From Pristiophorus japonicus (Eukaryota): 64,000 nucleotides of DNA. A model generated the notes under the pieces. That model searched no databases. It worked only from the letters and a program-made list of their open reading frames with translations, and had not been told where the DNA came from. The stretch spans positions 84,692,001 to 84,756,000 of the forward strand of contig NC_091988.1 of the NCBI RefSeq assembly GCF_044704955.1, given 5' to 3'. Shown here piece after piece: positions 11,001 to 23,109 of the stretch; the first letter of the stretch is position 1, and the number at the start of each line of letters is the position of its first letter. The translations under genes were made by a program, and so were the position numbers.

Positions 11001-11303
11001 TGTTGCAGAGTCTGAGCCTGTGTGTGAGGGTGAAGCCTCCCTTGGGCCCCTGATCATTCTGGATGCTGATCTGAAGGACCTGGTCCATTCGATGGGAAGT
11101 GAAGCTGTCGAGCCTCGTGAGGAGATTCCGAGTTCTTCTCCAGGTGAGTGTTGATTTTGAGAACCCAATTCCAGTCTAGTGACTCCTGACTCAATGGCTT
11201 CTCATTCTCTGCAGGTGAGGTGCTTCTGGTTGTGATGTTGGTAGCTGGGGCCATGATCTCAGCCACTCTGGTGGCCTTCTTCCTCTTCAGGAAACACATC
11301 TGA
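8065..11303 (+). CDS. ZP3: Zona pellucida sperm-binding protein 3-like (ZP3/ZPC), copy 1, intact, 9 coding exons, ~456 aa
   Basis: Exons read by hand, all with GT-AG introns: 8065-8448, 9731-9846, 9930-10033, 10139-10316, 10414-10534, 10605-10696, 10781-10932, 11009-11143, 11215-11303 (1371 nt, in frame). Signal peptide [20 protein letters not shown]; ZP-N motifs VQCGE..DLFGT..LTLG..GC..YGLHEC..CHYPR; linker [13 protein letters not shown]; ZP-C motifs [50 protein letters not shown]; ZP3 cluster [10 protein letters not shown]; furin site RGRR; [11 protein letters not shown]; TM then RKHI*. Confidence 0.93.
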
Positions 11304-11349
11304 ATCCTTTCTCATTTGGGCTTTTCCATCATTTGTCAAAAAATGGAGT

Positions 11350-11355
11350 AATAAA
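11350..11355 (+). terminator. Polyadenylation signal of ZP3 copy 1
   Basis: AATAAA ~47 nt after the stop, followed by GT/T-rich sequence. Conserved after copies 2, 3 and 4 (~20659, ~33365, ~49599). Confidence 0.65.
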
Positions 11356-12156
11356 TTTGAAATGTGACTTGCTTGAATTAGTCTTTGGTCTTGGTGTTTT
11401 GAACTTCAGTTGTTTCAAAGGCCCCTCCTGTGTTTACATTCCATATTTCCCTTGTAACAAGTGTTTATTAAAAAAAAAAAATGACTCAATTTCTATTGCA
11501 GCTGCTTGTGCTATTATGATACTGGTCACGGCGACCATCCCACTCCCACTTTCCCTAATGAGCCCCGATTCTCTCTGACTATTTCCAGCACATTAGTCTG
11601 TCCTGGTTCTCTGATTCAATGAAATGGCCTTTTGCCCATCTGATATATTTTTTAACAATTAAAGGCCACAGGGTTTTGTTTTATTGTCCAAATTGGTCCC
11701 AGTAGTGTGCAGATCATTGTTGGAAGTTTGAAATCGCAGCTGGAACACAATATTGAGTGAAAAATTGGGTCTAAATGTGAGGCCCTCATTGGTAGAGCAA
11801 GACTGCTAATGCTCACAGGTGAAGAATGAATGAGTTAGGGCAGCCAACAGCCTTGTAACTATTTGTGTGAGTCAACCATTCAGCAGAGAAAATGAGGGCC
11901 AGGGTTGAGTTACTGCAGATTATATAAATGTGTTTGCAAACTGTTTCTGTTTTGCTGGTAATGGTGCCATTCAACTGGGCTGTCTCCCAAAAGACAGTGA
12001 CTCACTGACCCTAGCATCTCCTTTACTCCCGGCACCTGCTGCCTATTTCCTTTCACCTTCATTTGATTGACAAACCTGACCGCACAAATAATACATGGGA
12101 GAAAAATTCCAAGCTGAAGTGGAGCCTCCATTGGCTGATTTCAATAGTCGCAGGAT

Positions 12157-12251
12157 GAGTGGAGAGTGGAGAGTGGAGAGTGGAGAGTGGAGAGTGGAGA
12201 GTGGAGAGTGGAGAGTGGAGAGTGGAGAGTGGAGAGTGGAGAGTGGAGAGT
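12157..12251 (+). repeat. Perfect heptamer microsatellite (GAGTGGA)13+GAGT
   Basis: Directly visible. Confidence 0.97.
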
Positions 12252-13269
12252 ATCTGAAAGACATGAGACCAGATTTGGAGGCCTAGATTTTACTGATTCT
12301 CACCACCTGCCACTTTGGGGTCAGTTGAAACTCAGCAGTACCTGAGTTTAAAAGGATGGAACCTGCACGCATACAGCAGGGTAGGAGGCCACTTGACCCT
12401 TTTTGCCTGTATTTAATATTGAAGCATGGAAAATAGGAGCAGTAGTAGGCTGTTTGATCCTGTACCACCATTCAATATGATGTCTGATCCTCTCTCTCTC
12501 CCCTCCTCACCATATTCCTGCTTTCTCTCCATACTCTTTTGTCTTGCTATATCTCAAATATATTCCATGACTTAATTTCCACAGCCTTCTGTGGTAGAGA
12601 ATTCCACAGGTTCACCACCCTCTGAAGAAATTTCTCATGTCCTAAATTTCCTACCCCTTATCCTGAGACACTGACCCCTTGTTCTAGACTTCCCAGCCAG
12701 GGGCAATATCCAGTCTGTCCAACCCATCAAAATGTTATATATTTCACTGAGCTCTCCTCATTCTGCTAAACTCTAGTGAATACAGGCCTAGTTGACTGAT
12801 TTCTCGCCTCATATGAGTCTTGCCATCCCAAGGAATCAGTCTGGTGACCCTTTGCTGCACTCCCTCTATGGAAAGTATAACCTTTAGTACTTTAAATCTA
12901 TCATCTGGTGACTGACCCTTCTGCTAGAAAGTGTTCTTCCCATTCCTTATGAAAACCTTCATAACTTTTTGAAAGTCTCTATTAAATCTCCACTCCTCTG
13001 GATTAAATATTGTGCCTTTAAATGGATGTAAGTAATAAGGAGCTGCTGCCATCTTTCTGCAGAAGGTAGATGGGGTTACAGACATCCAGCTTTCAGTCAG
13101 CCAGGAAGTTGTGTGAGCAGGTTCTAGTCTCTCTCCAGTGCCAAGGGAATAGACCAAAGCAGCATCTCCTTAATTGGCCACTGCAGATAGGTATGTTTTG
13201 GCCTCCGTGTACTGTAACTTCACTAAATGTGATCCATATTTAATATCCCTCAAGGGTTAGTTGTAATTG

Positions 13270-14800
13270 TCTTAATTTTCTATGGGTACATAAAGAAAGA
13301 ATAGTTAAGGTAAATGTTGGCACCCTAGAGAATGAGACTGGGGAACAGGGAAATGGCAGACATTGAACAAATATTTTGTAATCTTCGGTAGACAATTTTT
13401 TACTGCTCCAATGATTGACCTGGACCTTGTATATTTGTCACTGGTCACCATCCAGCACCTGATGGCCTACCTGCAGTAAGCTGGCTGCTGTGCATTCTCC
13501 CTGCCCCACAGGGGACAATGGAAAGCGTTGTGATGTCGAGGAAGCCATGCCCCTGTCACTCCCTGCTCCGAGGCAGGTGGGCTCATGTTGCCCAAAGATG
13601 GCACCCAAACTCACCGCAACCCCTGACAGTAAAAAAGCCCTTCCACCCAAAGGTGCCCCGCCGCCGACTCGGTAGCCAAATCTCTCCACCCGCACATGTA
13701 CTTGAGTAAGTCTGCAGGGAGGTTGTGCGCTGCCCAGGACGCTCCTCCATCCTCCGCAGTGGCTGTGAAACACGTCTGTCCACCAGTAATCTCCCACATG
13801 GAAGGTTACTGCACAAGATAAAAGTTCACGGGGTTGGGGGTAATATATTAGCATGGATAGAGGATTGGCTAACAAGAGTCGGGATAAATGGGTAATTTTC
13901 CACTTGGCGAACAGTAACTAGTGGGGTGCTGCAGGGATCGGTGCTGGGTCCTCAACTATGTACAATCTATTAATGACTTGGATGAAAGGACCGAGTGTAA
14001 TGTAGCCAAGTTTGCTGATACAAAGATGGGTGGGAAAGCAAATTGTGAGGAGGACACAATCTGCAAAGGGATATAGACAAGCTAAGTGGGCAAAAATTTA
14101 GCAGCTGGAGTATAATGTGGGAAAATGTAAGGTTATCCACTTTGGCAGCAATAATTGAGAAGCAAATTATAATTTTAAATGAAGATAAATTGCAAAATGC
14201 TGCGGGGCGGGGGGGTCCTTGTGCAAGAAACAAAGTTAGTATGCAGCGACAGCAAGTAATCAGGAAGGCAAATGGCATGTTGGCCTTTATTGCAAGAGGG
14301 ATAGAGTATCGAAGCAGGGAAGTCCTGCTACAACTGTACAGGGTATTGGTGAGGCCACACCTGGATTACTGTGTACAGTTTTGGTCTCAGTATTTAAGGA
14401 AGGATATACTTGCATTGAAGGTTGTTCAGAGAAAGTTTACTAGGTTGATTCTGGAGCTAAGGGGGTTGACTTATGAAGGTAGGTTGGGCCTATATCATTG
14501 GCGTTCAGAAGAATGTGAGATATTGACAAGATAATGAGAGCTTGACCAGGTGGATGCAGAGGACTTAGTCTCAGAATAGGGGGCTGCCCATTTAAAACTG
14601 AGATGAGGAATTTCTTCGAGTGTTGTAAATCTATGGAACTCTGTCCCAGAGCGCTGCAGTCATTGAATATATTTAAGCTGGTGATAGGTTTTTGAGCGGG
14701 CAGGGAAGGGAGCTGAGTTCATTATCAGGTCAGCCATGATCTTATTAATTGGTGGAGCATGCTCGAGGGACCAGGTTACCAACTCCTGCACCTATTATTC
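13270..14800 (+). mobile_element. Old CR1 remnant (unit 2)
   Basis: ORF 14115-14534 KANGMLAFIARGIEY...LVRPHLDYCVQFW, followed by CR1 3' UTR. Confidence 0.75.
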
Positions 14801-17800
14801 TCATACTACTTCTGGGCTCCCTGACCAGAGGAAATATTTTTCCCCACCAATTCCTTTTAACCTACATCTCAATTCGATCACCCTTTTTCCTTCTTTACTC
14901 AAGGACTACGAACCTAGTCGAAGCAGCCTGTTTGTATAATTTAGCCCTAGTATCATTCTGATAAATATTGGCCAGAACATGTAGAGGACTGACCTCTTTT
15001 CAATAGTCCCATCGGATATTTTACGGCCGCTAGAGAGGCCAGATGGAGCCACGGTTGAACGTCCCATCAGAAAGACGAACCTCTACCAGTGTAGTGCTCC
15101 TTCAGTATTCAACTAGTGTTGGCCTGGATTTTGTGCTGCAGTCTCTGGAGTGGGATTTGCATACATGATCTTCTGACCTCAGGTAGGGGTGCTACCTACT
15201 GAGGCAAATTCAATGTCTGATCTCCTCTGTACTAAACATTGTTAATGGTACTGAGGCCAACAGAGCAGAAAATCCCAGATTCGATGCTTGGTCTGCTCAG
15301 TGTTTGCCAATCTCAGCAAGGGGAGCAGTGTGGGGGAATAGAGTTGGCCTCTGACTCTTGGCTAGTGCGGTGGCAAGTTAGCTGAAGATTCTTGCTCCTG
15401 ATCACCATCCGGACATCCTGTCTGGAAAGTGCAGTTATGAGGAGTGGATTCAAATTTCTGCTGCTGTTTTCCAATCCTCAACCCAACACTCCCTCAATAT
15501 CCCTTTCCCAACTCCACCCCTAGGCTGGAATCAGTATAAAACTCCCCTTGGGCTGTACTTGTAAACTTTTTGTATATATAAAGCACCATGATCTGAAAAC
15601 ACCATGTAATGCAAGTTCTGTTCAGTAATGTATGTTGCAAAGAAATCTAACTGTAACCTCACCCATTCCATGTACTGTAATTTGATGACTGTATTACAAT
15701 GTATCCTGAATTGTACCTCTGCAATGTAAAGCAAGCAAATGTATTGAATGGAACCGCTGTCAGTATCCAACTGTATTGTATTAAATTGCTGACCACATCC
15801 AACTGTACTGAACTGCTTTTCAATGTATTTTGAATATAAAAATTTACAAGTATACTTGGAAATGAAACAAAAACTCCACTTCCCTACCCTACCACGGTCA
15901 AGTAACGAAAACATGCATTGGCTGGGCATACAAGAACAGCAGCCAATCAGGGTGAGGAATCTCTGAATCAATGCCTTCAGGCAAGGAGAACATTGGAGTG
16001 GGGAACAAAAAGACCCAAACTAAAACAAATTGAGCTTTCTTCTTTGGGCTTTTGGGATTCAAGGTATGGATTTGACCCAGCCTGATGAAATGGAAGACTC
16101 TATACTCTTTTTCTCCCTTTCTTTTTTTTACACTCCCTACTGCCTTTACTGGTTAGAGGATAATCTCCACTCTTCCCAACCCAGACCCACAGCACAAAAC
16201 TAACTCTCAATCAGGTGCTTAAAAATGGTCGTTCTCACTCTCCCAGCTCACAAGGAGTGTCTAGTGTGAGATGGGGTAATGCCACACTGGTATAGGGGTT
16301 CTTGCCCATGTCCGCGCAGTGTTAATTTTCATTGTTGGGGTCAGCATTCCTCTTTCCAAATCTCCAACCACCATTGTAAAAGGTCTGGGAATCTGGTTCG
16401 AAAATGAAATTGAGGGGAAAACTGGCCCGCCCTGGATATAGGGCTGCCAACGCTCCAGGATTACCCTGGAGTCTACACAAAATAAAGATAAATCTCCACG
16501 ACACTGCTGCAAGCAGAAAAATCACAGGAGCATTAAAATAAATTGTCGTCTTCATTTTCTCTGAGTACTTCTGTTTATTGATGATAAAAATATTGGAGAA
16601 AGGATAAAATGGTTATCTGACTGGGAATCAAGAATCACCTGCGTGGGTAAGGAAATGACTCCGCTCTCCAATCAGGATGGGAAGGTGGGGTGCCCTCAGG
16701 ATGAACGTGTTGGTGGAGGGGTTGGAGGTCATGTGATGAAACCTCCAGGAATATGTCCAAAGAGGAGTTGGCCGTTCTGCCTGGGTATCGGAACACTCCG
16801 ACTGGGTTACCGCCTCCGCATCTTATTCATTCATAGAGTAGCTTTATATATTACACGAAGCAATCTCTCCTGGTGTTGTTCATGGGAAGTCCAGGATCTC
16901 TTTCTTGATAACTATAGGGGCCCTGTGGAAGATTATACATAATAGAGGCCCAACTGGTCAGCCATGGTGCAATAGGTAACATGCTCGCACCTCAGTCAGA
17001 AGGTTGTGGGTTCAAGTCCCACTTGAGGGAGTTGAGCAGGTAATCCAGGCCAACACTTCCAGTGCAGTACTGAGAGAGTGCTGCACTGTCGGAGGTGCCG
17101 TCTTACGGATAAGACATTAAACTGAGACTCTGCCTGTAATTCTGTCATTACAACTGTGACCACACTTCAAAAATTCTTTGTTGACTGTAAAGTGCTTTTG
17201 GATGTTCCGTGGTTGTGAAATGTGCTATATAGACACAAGGGGCGAGATCTTCGGCTTTCCGTCTTCAGGGTGAAAACAGAGGCGAGGCAGGAAATTTACT
17301 GCCCAATTAACGTTAGCGATTAATTGCTTAACTTTCAACATTTAGGCTCTGTGCCAGAGGTGGAGCGCAAAGGGAGGCGTTGAACTACTTTTGCAGCGCA
17401 AAAACAGGAACCTCGCCAACTTTAGTGCGGGGCCAGGAGCGCTCAGAGAGAGGCCTTGGGAGGGGAAAAAACGTCAAAAAATCATTAAAGAAACATTGCC
17501 AACACCCTTATCTCACAAATTGCTGCAAAAATGAAAACATTAAAAATTTTAACTTACCTTTTTTCCAGTTTATCCAACTCACCACCGTCGACAGGGCTGT
17601 GTTTTCCCTGGTGGTCATCGTGGGGCGCGTTTCGTGGCGTACGGGTCGAGTGAGACTCGAAACTCGCAGCGGTGTCACAATGTGAGCCGGTGCACACCTG
17701 GCGCAGCTCTCCCCGGTGTTTCTAAGCATCGCCGCCGCAAAAAACGAATCGAGGATCGCGACAGGGTGAAAAACATCTGACCGACAGATTTTTCGCCGCG

Positions 17801-19022
17801 GAGGGTCAAAACCTGGCAAAAACCCGATCGCAAATGACCCCAAAATCCAGCCCAAGTTCTTTCTTTCTTTTCACTGGGTGTACAAATGGATTGTCCATTT
17901 TACCATAGTAGAACCACACTAAAACATGGCACATCGGGACACTTCCTCCAATGGGGCCGCGCCACACTACCTGAGCACAGCTTCTGCCGAAACCAAACCA
18001 CAAGTTCCTGAGGCGGCGGTTAATCCCCCCAATAAACCACAGCCAGCTTCCTCCACATCTTCCTGCCAAGGTCATGAAGGGTTGCAGCTACATGAGTGAC
18101 TTTTGTTTTTGCTGTACATTTGGTGGTTTAGGCTTGATTTTCTGAGATTGGTTGGGACACAGTTGGAGTTCCATGCTGTTTGTGACTTGTAGAAAGAATC
18201 ATGGGAACTGATTACTAAATATTCAAGGGTTCTTTATGCAAAAATGCTTGGAAAGATTGAGGCATTTTTCATCAAATTGAGGTGCCTCTAGAGTAAAGGC
18301 AGAACATGCTTATGGTGAAATTGTACTGAGGAAACCTAGACTGAAGACAATCCTTTTGAAGGAATTGTCAGGATTGTTTAAATTTGGAATGTTATGTCTT
18401 GCATAGTCAGACTAGATACTGCGAGCTCAAAGTAAGATGTGACCATAGTCCTTTTATTACAGATCAGAGTAGCCTGTGAGACCTCTTTTTTTTTTAAATA
18501 TATAATGATGCTCCCATGGCATACTGGGTTACCTTGGGACTCCAGGGGATAAGTCCTCTGGTGGTTTGACATGGTATTTAAAGGTTTACATGCATCACCA
18601 TAAGTGACCATAAAGTACTGAGGCCCAATGGAGCAGTTATCCCTAGTGCTGTCTTCCATCCCTAAACCCCTCTGCCTTTCTACCACTCCATCTGTTTATG
18701 GTACTTATTCAAACTTTGCTTAAGTGGCCAAGCCTTTCGTCAAATATCTTGCGTCGATTGGTGCCAAACTTTTTTTTTTGAACCTCCCGTGAAGTGCCTT
18801 AATGTTTTACGATGTCAAGTGAGTTATATAAATGCATAAGTGCTTGATTGAGGTTCCCTTCCCCCAGAGGCTGAAATATCTCTTCAAATGCATTTGGATA
18901 GGGCTGGGACTCTATAATAGAAGTATGAATTGCTGTGTGTTTCTCTAAACACTGCTCTCTTGTCCAAGAATAACTCCCTTGTTCTGTACCTGACCCTGAC
19001 CAGATCACATTTTCTCTCCCAG

Positions 19023-20612
19023 ATGACGGACGACCTGCTGATTTACACCACCCACCTGTACTACAAGCCGAGCCATATTGGAGGAGTCATTGTGAGAACC
19101 AGTGGAGCAGTGGTCCCTATTGTGTGCCATTATCCCAGGTAAGGTAGATGATTGACAGGCTCTCCTTTCCTCCAACGGCGGTTGGGGGTGGTGGGGTTTG
19201 TGAATTGGAAGTTAAGCTGGCCGCCTTCCTTCCCAAAGGAAGAGGACAGTGAGCAGCAATGCGATCAAGCCCACCTGGGTCCCCTTCTCCTCCACCAAGG
19301 CAGGAGAGGGACGTCTGTCATTCTCCCTGCGTCTGATGACTGGTAAGTGATCGTCAATTGTCTACCATGCCTGTTTTACCCATTCCTTGGAATCAAGTGA
19401 GGAACCCAAAGCTTGTGTTCCTGTGCTCATTCTCTTTCCCTTTCCAGCTAACTGGAGTGCAGAGCGTACCTCCAATATCTACCACCTGGGTGACCTCATT
19501 CACATCGAGGCCTCTGTGATGACCGTGAACCACATGCCTCTGAAGCTCTATATTGACCGCTGTATAGCTACACTGAGCCCAGACCAGGACTCCACCCCCA
19601 GATACAACATTATTGACTTCAACGGGTAAGGTCTTTATCTGGGCTGCATAAGTCACACTCCTAACTGTTTGGCGGAGGGAATCCATTCTTAATGATGCAG
19701 CTCTTTCCGACCCTCTTTCCAGTTGCCTGTTGGACAGCCGAGATGAAGACTCTTTTTCTTCCTTCGTGTCACCACGAGATCACCTGGATAAGCTTCAGTT
19801 CAAGCTGGATGCATTCCGCTTCTTTGAAGACGACAGGGACTTGGTAAGAGGAGACCAGATGTTGAGATGGTGAGCGTTTGACACTGAGTAACTCCTGCAT
19901 GTGTCTCCTGCAGATCTTCATCACTTGCCACCTGAAAGTAGCTGCAGCAGATCAAAGGCCAGATTCAGTCAACAAAGCTTGTTCCTTCCAGAAGCCAGCC
20001 AACCGGTGAGTGAATTCTAACCAACAATGGTGATCGTCTTTGGTCAGAATGCATCCATATGCCAATCGTGTGCTTCCTTGTTTGTTTAGATGGTCCCTGG
20101 TGACTGAATTGGACCTGTCCATGGTGGAAGGATCTAATGAGGTTTGTGCCTGTTGTGATGGGGGCAACTGTGGAGCCTCGAGATTGCGATCTGGAGGAAG
20201 ACTTCACTCCAGGGACAGGAGGGAAGTCCTATCTGAGCTGGGTATGTTGTGGTGGTATTGGGTGTTGGGGCTATTGTTCGATGTTTGTTTGTAACTGGAT
20301 GGAATGAATTGTTGCAGAGTCGGAGCCTGTGTGGGAGGGTGAAGTTTCCCTTGGACCACTGATCGTTCTGGATGCTGATCTGAAGGACCTGGTCCATTCG
20401 ATGGGAAGTGAAGCTGTCGAGACTCGTGAGGAGATTCCGAGTTCTTCTCCAGGTGAGTGTTGATTTTGAGAACCCAATTCCAGTCTAGTGACTCCTGACT
20501 CAATGGCTTCTCATTCTCTGCAGGTGAGGTGCTTCTGGTTGTGACGTTGGCAGTTGGGGCCCTGATCTCAGCCACTCTGGTGGCCGCCTTCCTCTTTAGG
20601 AAACACACCTGA
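19023..20612 (+). pseudogene. ZP3: ZP3-like copy 2: exons 2-9 intact, promoter and exon 1 deleted
   Basis: Exons 19023-19138, 19239-19342, 19448-19625, 19723-19843, 19914-20005, 20090-20241, 20318-20452, 20524-20612 have the same lengths as copy 1 and no stops. No exon 1 or TATA lies upstream; spacer joins directly to intron-1 sequence at 18074-18078. Confidence 0.85.
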
Positions 20613-23109
20613 ATCCTTTCTCATTTGGGCTTTTCTATCATTTGTCAAAAAATGGAGTAATAAATTTGAAATGTGAAGTGCTTGAATTAGTCTTTGGTCT
20701 TGGTGTTTTGAACTTCAATTGTTTCAAAGGCCCTTTTGCCTGTGTTTAAATTCCACATTTCCCTTGTAACTGTTTTTATAAAAAAAAAATGACTAAATTT
20801 CTAGTGCAGCTGCTTGTGCTATCATGATACTGGTCACGGCGACCATCCCACTCCCACTTTCCCTAATGAGCCCCCATTCTCTCCGACTGTTTCCAGCACA
20901 TTAGTCGGTCCCGGTTCTCTGATTCAGTAAAATGGCCTTTTGCCCATCTGCAATATTTTACATCAGTTAAAGGCCACAGGGTTTTATTTTCATCCCAAAT
21001 TGGTCCCAGTAGTGTGCAGATCATTGTTGGAAGGTTGAAATCCCAGCTGGAACATAATATTGAGTGAAAAATTGGGTCTGCCTATGTGGCCCTCCTTGGT
21101 AGAGCAAGGCTGCTAATGCTCACAGGTGAAGAATGAATGAGTTTAGGCAGCAAAGGGCAGCCAACACCCTTGTAACTATTGGTGTGAGTCAACCATTCAG
21201 CAGAGAAAATGAGGGCCAGGGTGGAGTTACTGCAGATTATATAAATATGTTTGCAAACTGTTGCTGGTAATGGTGCCATTCAACTGGGCTTTCTCCCAAA
21301 AGACTGACTCACTGACCCTCGAAGCTCCTTTACTCCCTGCACCTGCTGCCTATTTCCTTTCCCCTTCACTTGATTGACAAACCTGACCGCACAAATAATA
21401 CATGGGAGAAAAAATCCAAACTGAAGTGTAGCCTCGATTGGCTGATTTCAATAGTCGCAGGATACTTGAAGTGGGCTAGTGTTGCAGCTGCTGACGTATG
21501 CAGGAAGAGGATTTGGGAAGTGAGGGGTGAAATTCTTCCAGGAAAAGGAAGACCAACCAACGTAACATGGTGTTGGAACAAGTGGCGGTGGTGAGGGATG
21601 AATTATCATAAGCTGCGGAGAGATTAAGGTGGCAGACCAGTGCTGCCAGCTTTCTCCATTCAGTGAGCAGGTCCCTGGGCTTTGTGGCCGCTGCTGCCAT
21701 CACAAACATTGGAGGGGGGGTGCAGTGTTGTGTTTGGATCACAGCCACCATTTTGCTTGGCTGGATTCCCACCTAATATGGCATGTTTTTTTTTAAAGCT
21801 GACTTATTAAAGTTTTTAAATCAGTGGTGAGAATCCTGAACCTACCACTGAGTGGTTGAAACAAATAGCATGGGTGTATATAGAGGGAGGTTGGACCAGC
21901 ATGTCGGAGAAGGGATATGCTGCTAGATTTCAATGAAAGACTGGAGGAGACTCGAGTGGAGCATGGACTGATTGGGCAGAATGAACTGTTTCTGTGCTGT
22001 ATATCCTGTGTAAAATCCCAGGCTGCTTGGCAAGCCATTTGCAATATTTTTGCAGACCATTGGTTGAGCACCTCTGATCTGAAAGACATGAGACCAGATT
22101 TGGAGGCCTAGATTTTACTGATTCTCTCCACCTGCCACTTTGGGGTCAGTTGAAACTCAGCAGTACCTGAGTTTAAAAGGATGGAACCTGCACGCATACA
22201 GCAGGGTAGGAGGCCACTTGACCCTTTTTGCCTGTATTTAATATTGAAGCATGGAAAATAGGAGCAGTAGTAGGCTGTTTGATCCTGTACCACCATTCAA
22301 TATGATGATGTCTGATCCTCTCTCTCTCCCCTCCTCACCATATTCCTGCTTTCTCTCCATACTCCTTTGTCTTGCTATATCTCAAATATATTCCATGACT
22401 TAATTTCCACAGCCTTCTGTGGTAGAGAATTCCACAGGTTCACCACCCTCTGAAGAAATTTCTCATGTCCTAAATTTCCTACCCCTTATCCTGAGACACT
22501 GACCCCTTGTTCTAGACTTCCCAGCCAGGGGCAATATCCAGTCTGTCCAACCCATCAAAATTTTATATATTTCACTGAGCTCTCCTCATTCTGCTAAACT
22601 CTAGTGAATACAGGCCTAGTTGACTGATTTCTCGCCTCATACGAGTCTTGCCATCCCAAGGAATCAGTCTGGTGACCCTTTGCTGCACTCCCTCTATGGA
22701 AAGTATAACCTTTAGTACTTTAAATCTATCATCTGGTGACTGACCCTTCTGCTAGAAAGTGTTCTCCTTCCCATTCCTTATGAAAACCTTCATAACTTTT
22801 TGAAAGTCTCTATTAAATCTCCACTCCTCTAGATTAAATATTGTGCCTTTAAATGGATGTAAGTAATAAGGAGCTGCTGCCATCTTTCTGCAGAAGGTAG
22901 ATGGGGTTACAGACATCCAGCATTCAGTCAGCCAGGAAGTTGTGTGAGCAGGTTCTAGTCTCTCTCCAGTGCCAAGGGAATAGACCAAAGCAGCATCTCC
23001 TTAATTGGCCACTGCAGGTAGGTATGTTTTGGCCTCCGTGTACTGTAACTTCACTAAATGTGATCCATATTTAATATCCCTCAAGGGTTAGTTGTAATTG
23101 TCTTAATTT

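Larger units (their letters stand above)
1..12156 (+). repeat. Tandem duplication unit 1 (type A spacer + ZP3 copy 1)
   Basis: Near-identical to ~38294-50331 (offset ~38.25 kb), including A-specific TE content and micro-inversions. Confidence 0.85.
12252..22076 (+). repeat. Tandem duplication unit 2 (type B spacer + truncated ZP3 copy 2)
   Basis: 12252-18078 is near-identical to ~22077-27894 (offset ~9.82 kb). Confidence 0.85.

Noticed and set aside
10084-11299. Minus-strand ORFs over ZP3 exons (also in the other copies)
   Set aside because: Antisense shadows of the ZP3 coding exons.
12043-12286. ORFs with SPLSTLH / GEWRVES repeats
   Set aside because: These are translations of the heptamer microsatellite. 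The repeat is not telomeric TTAGGG and not a CRISPR array.
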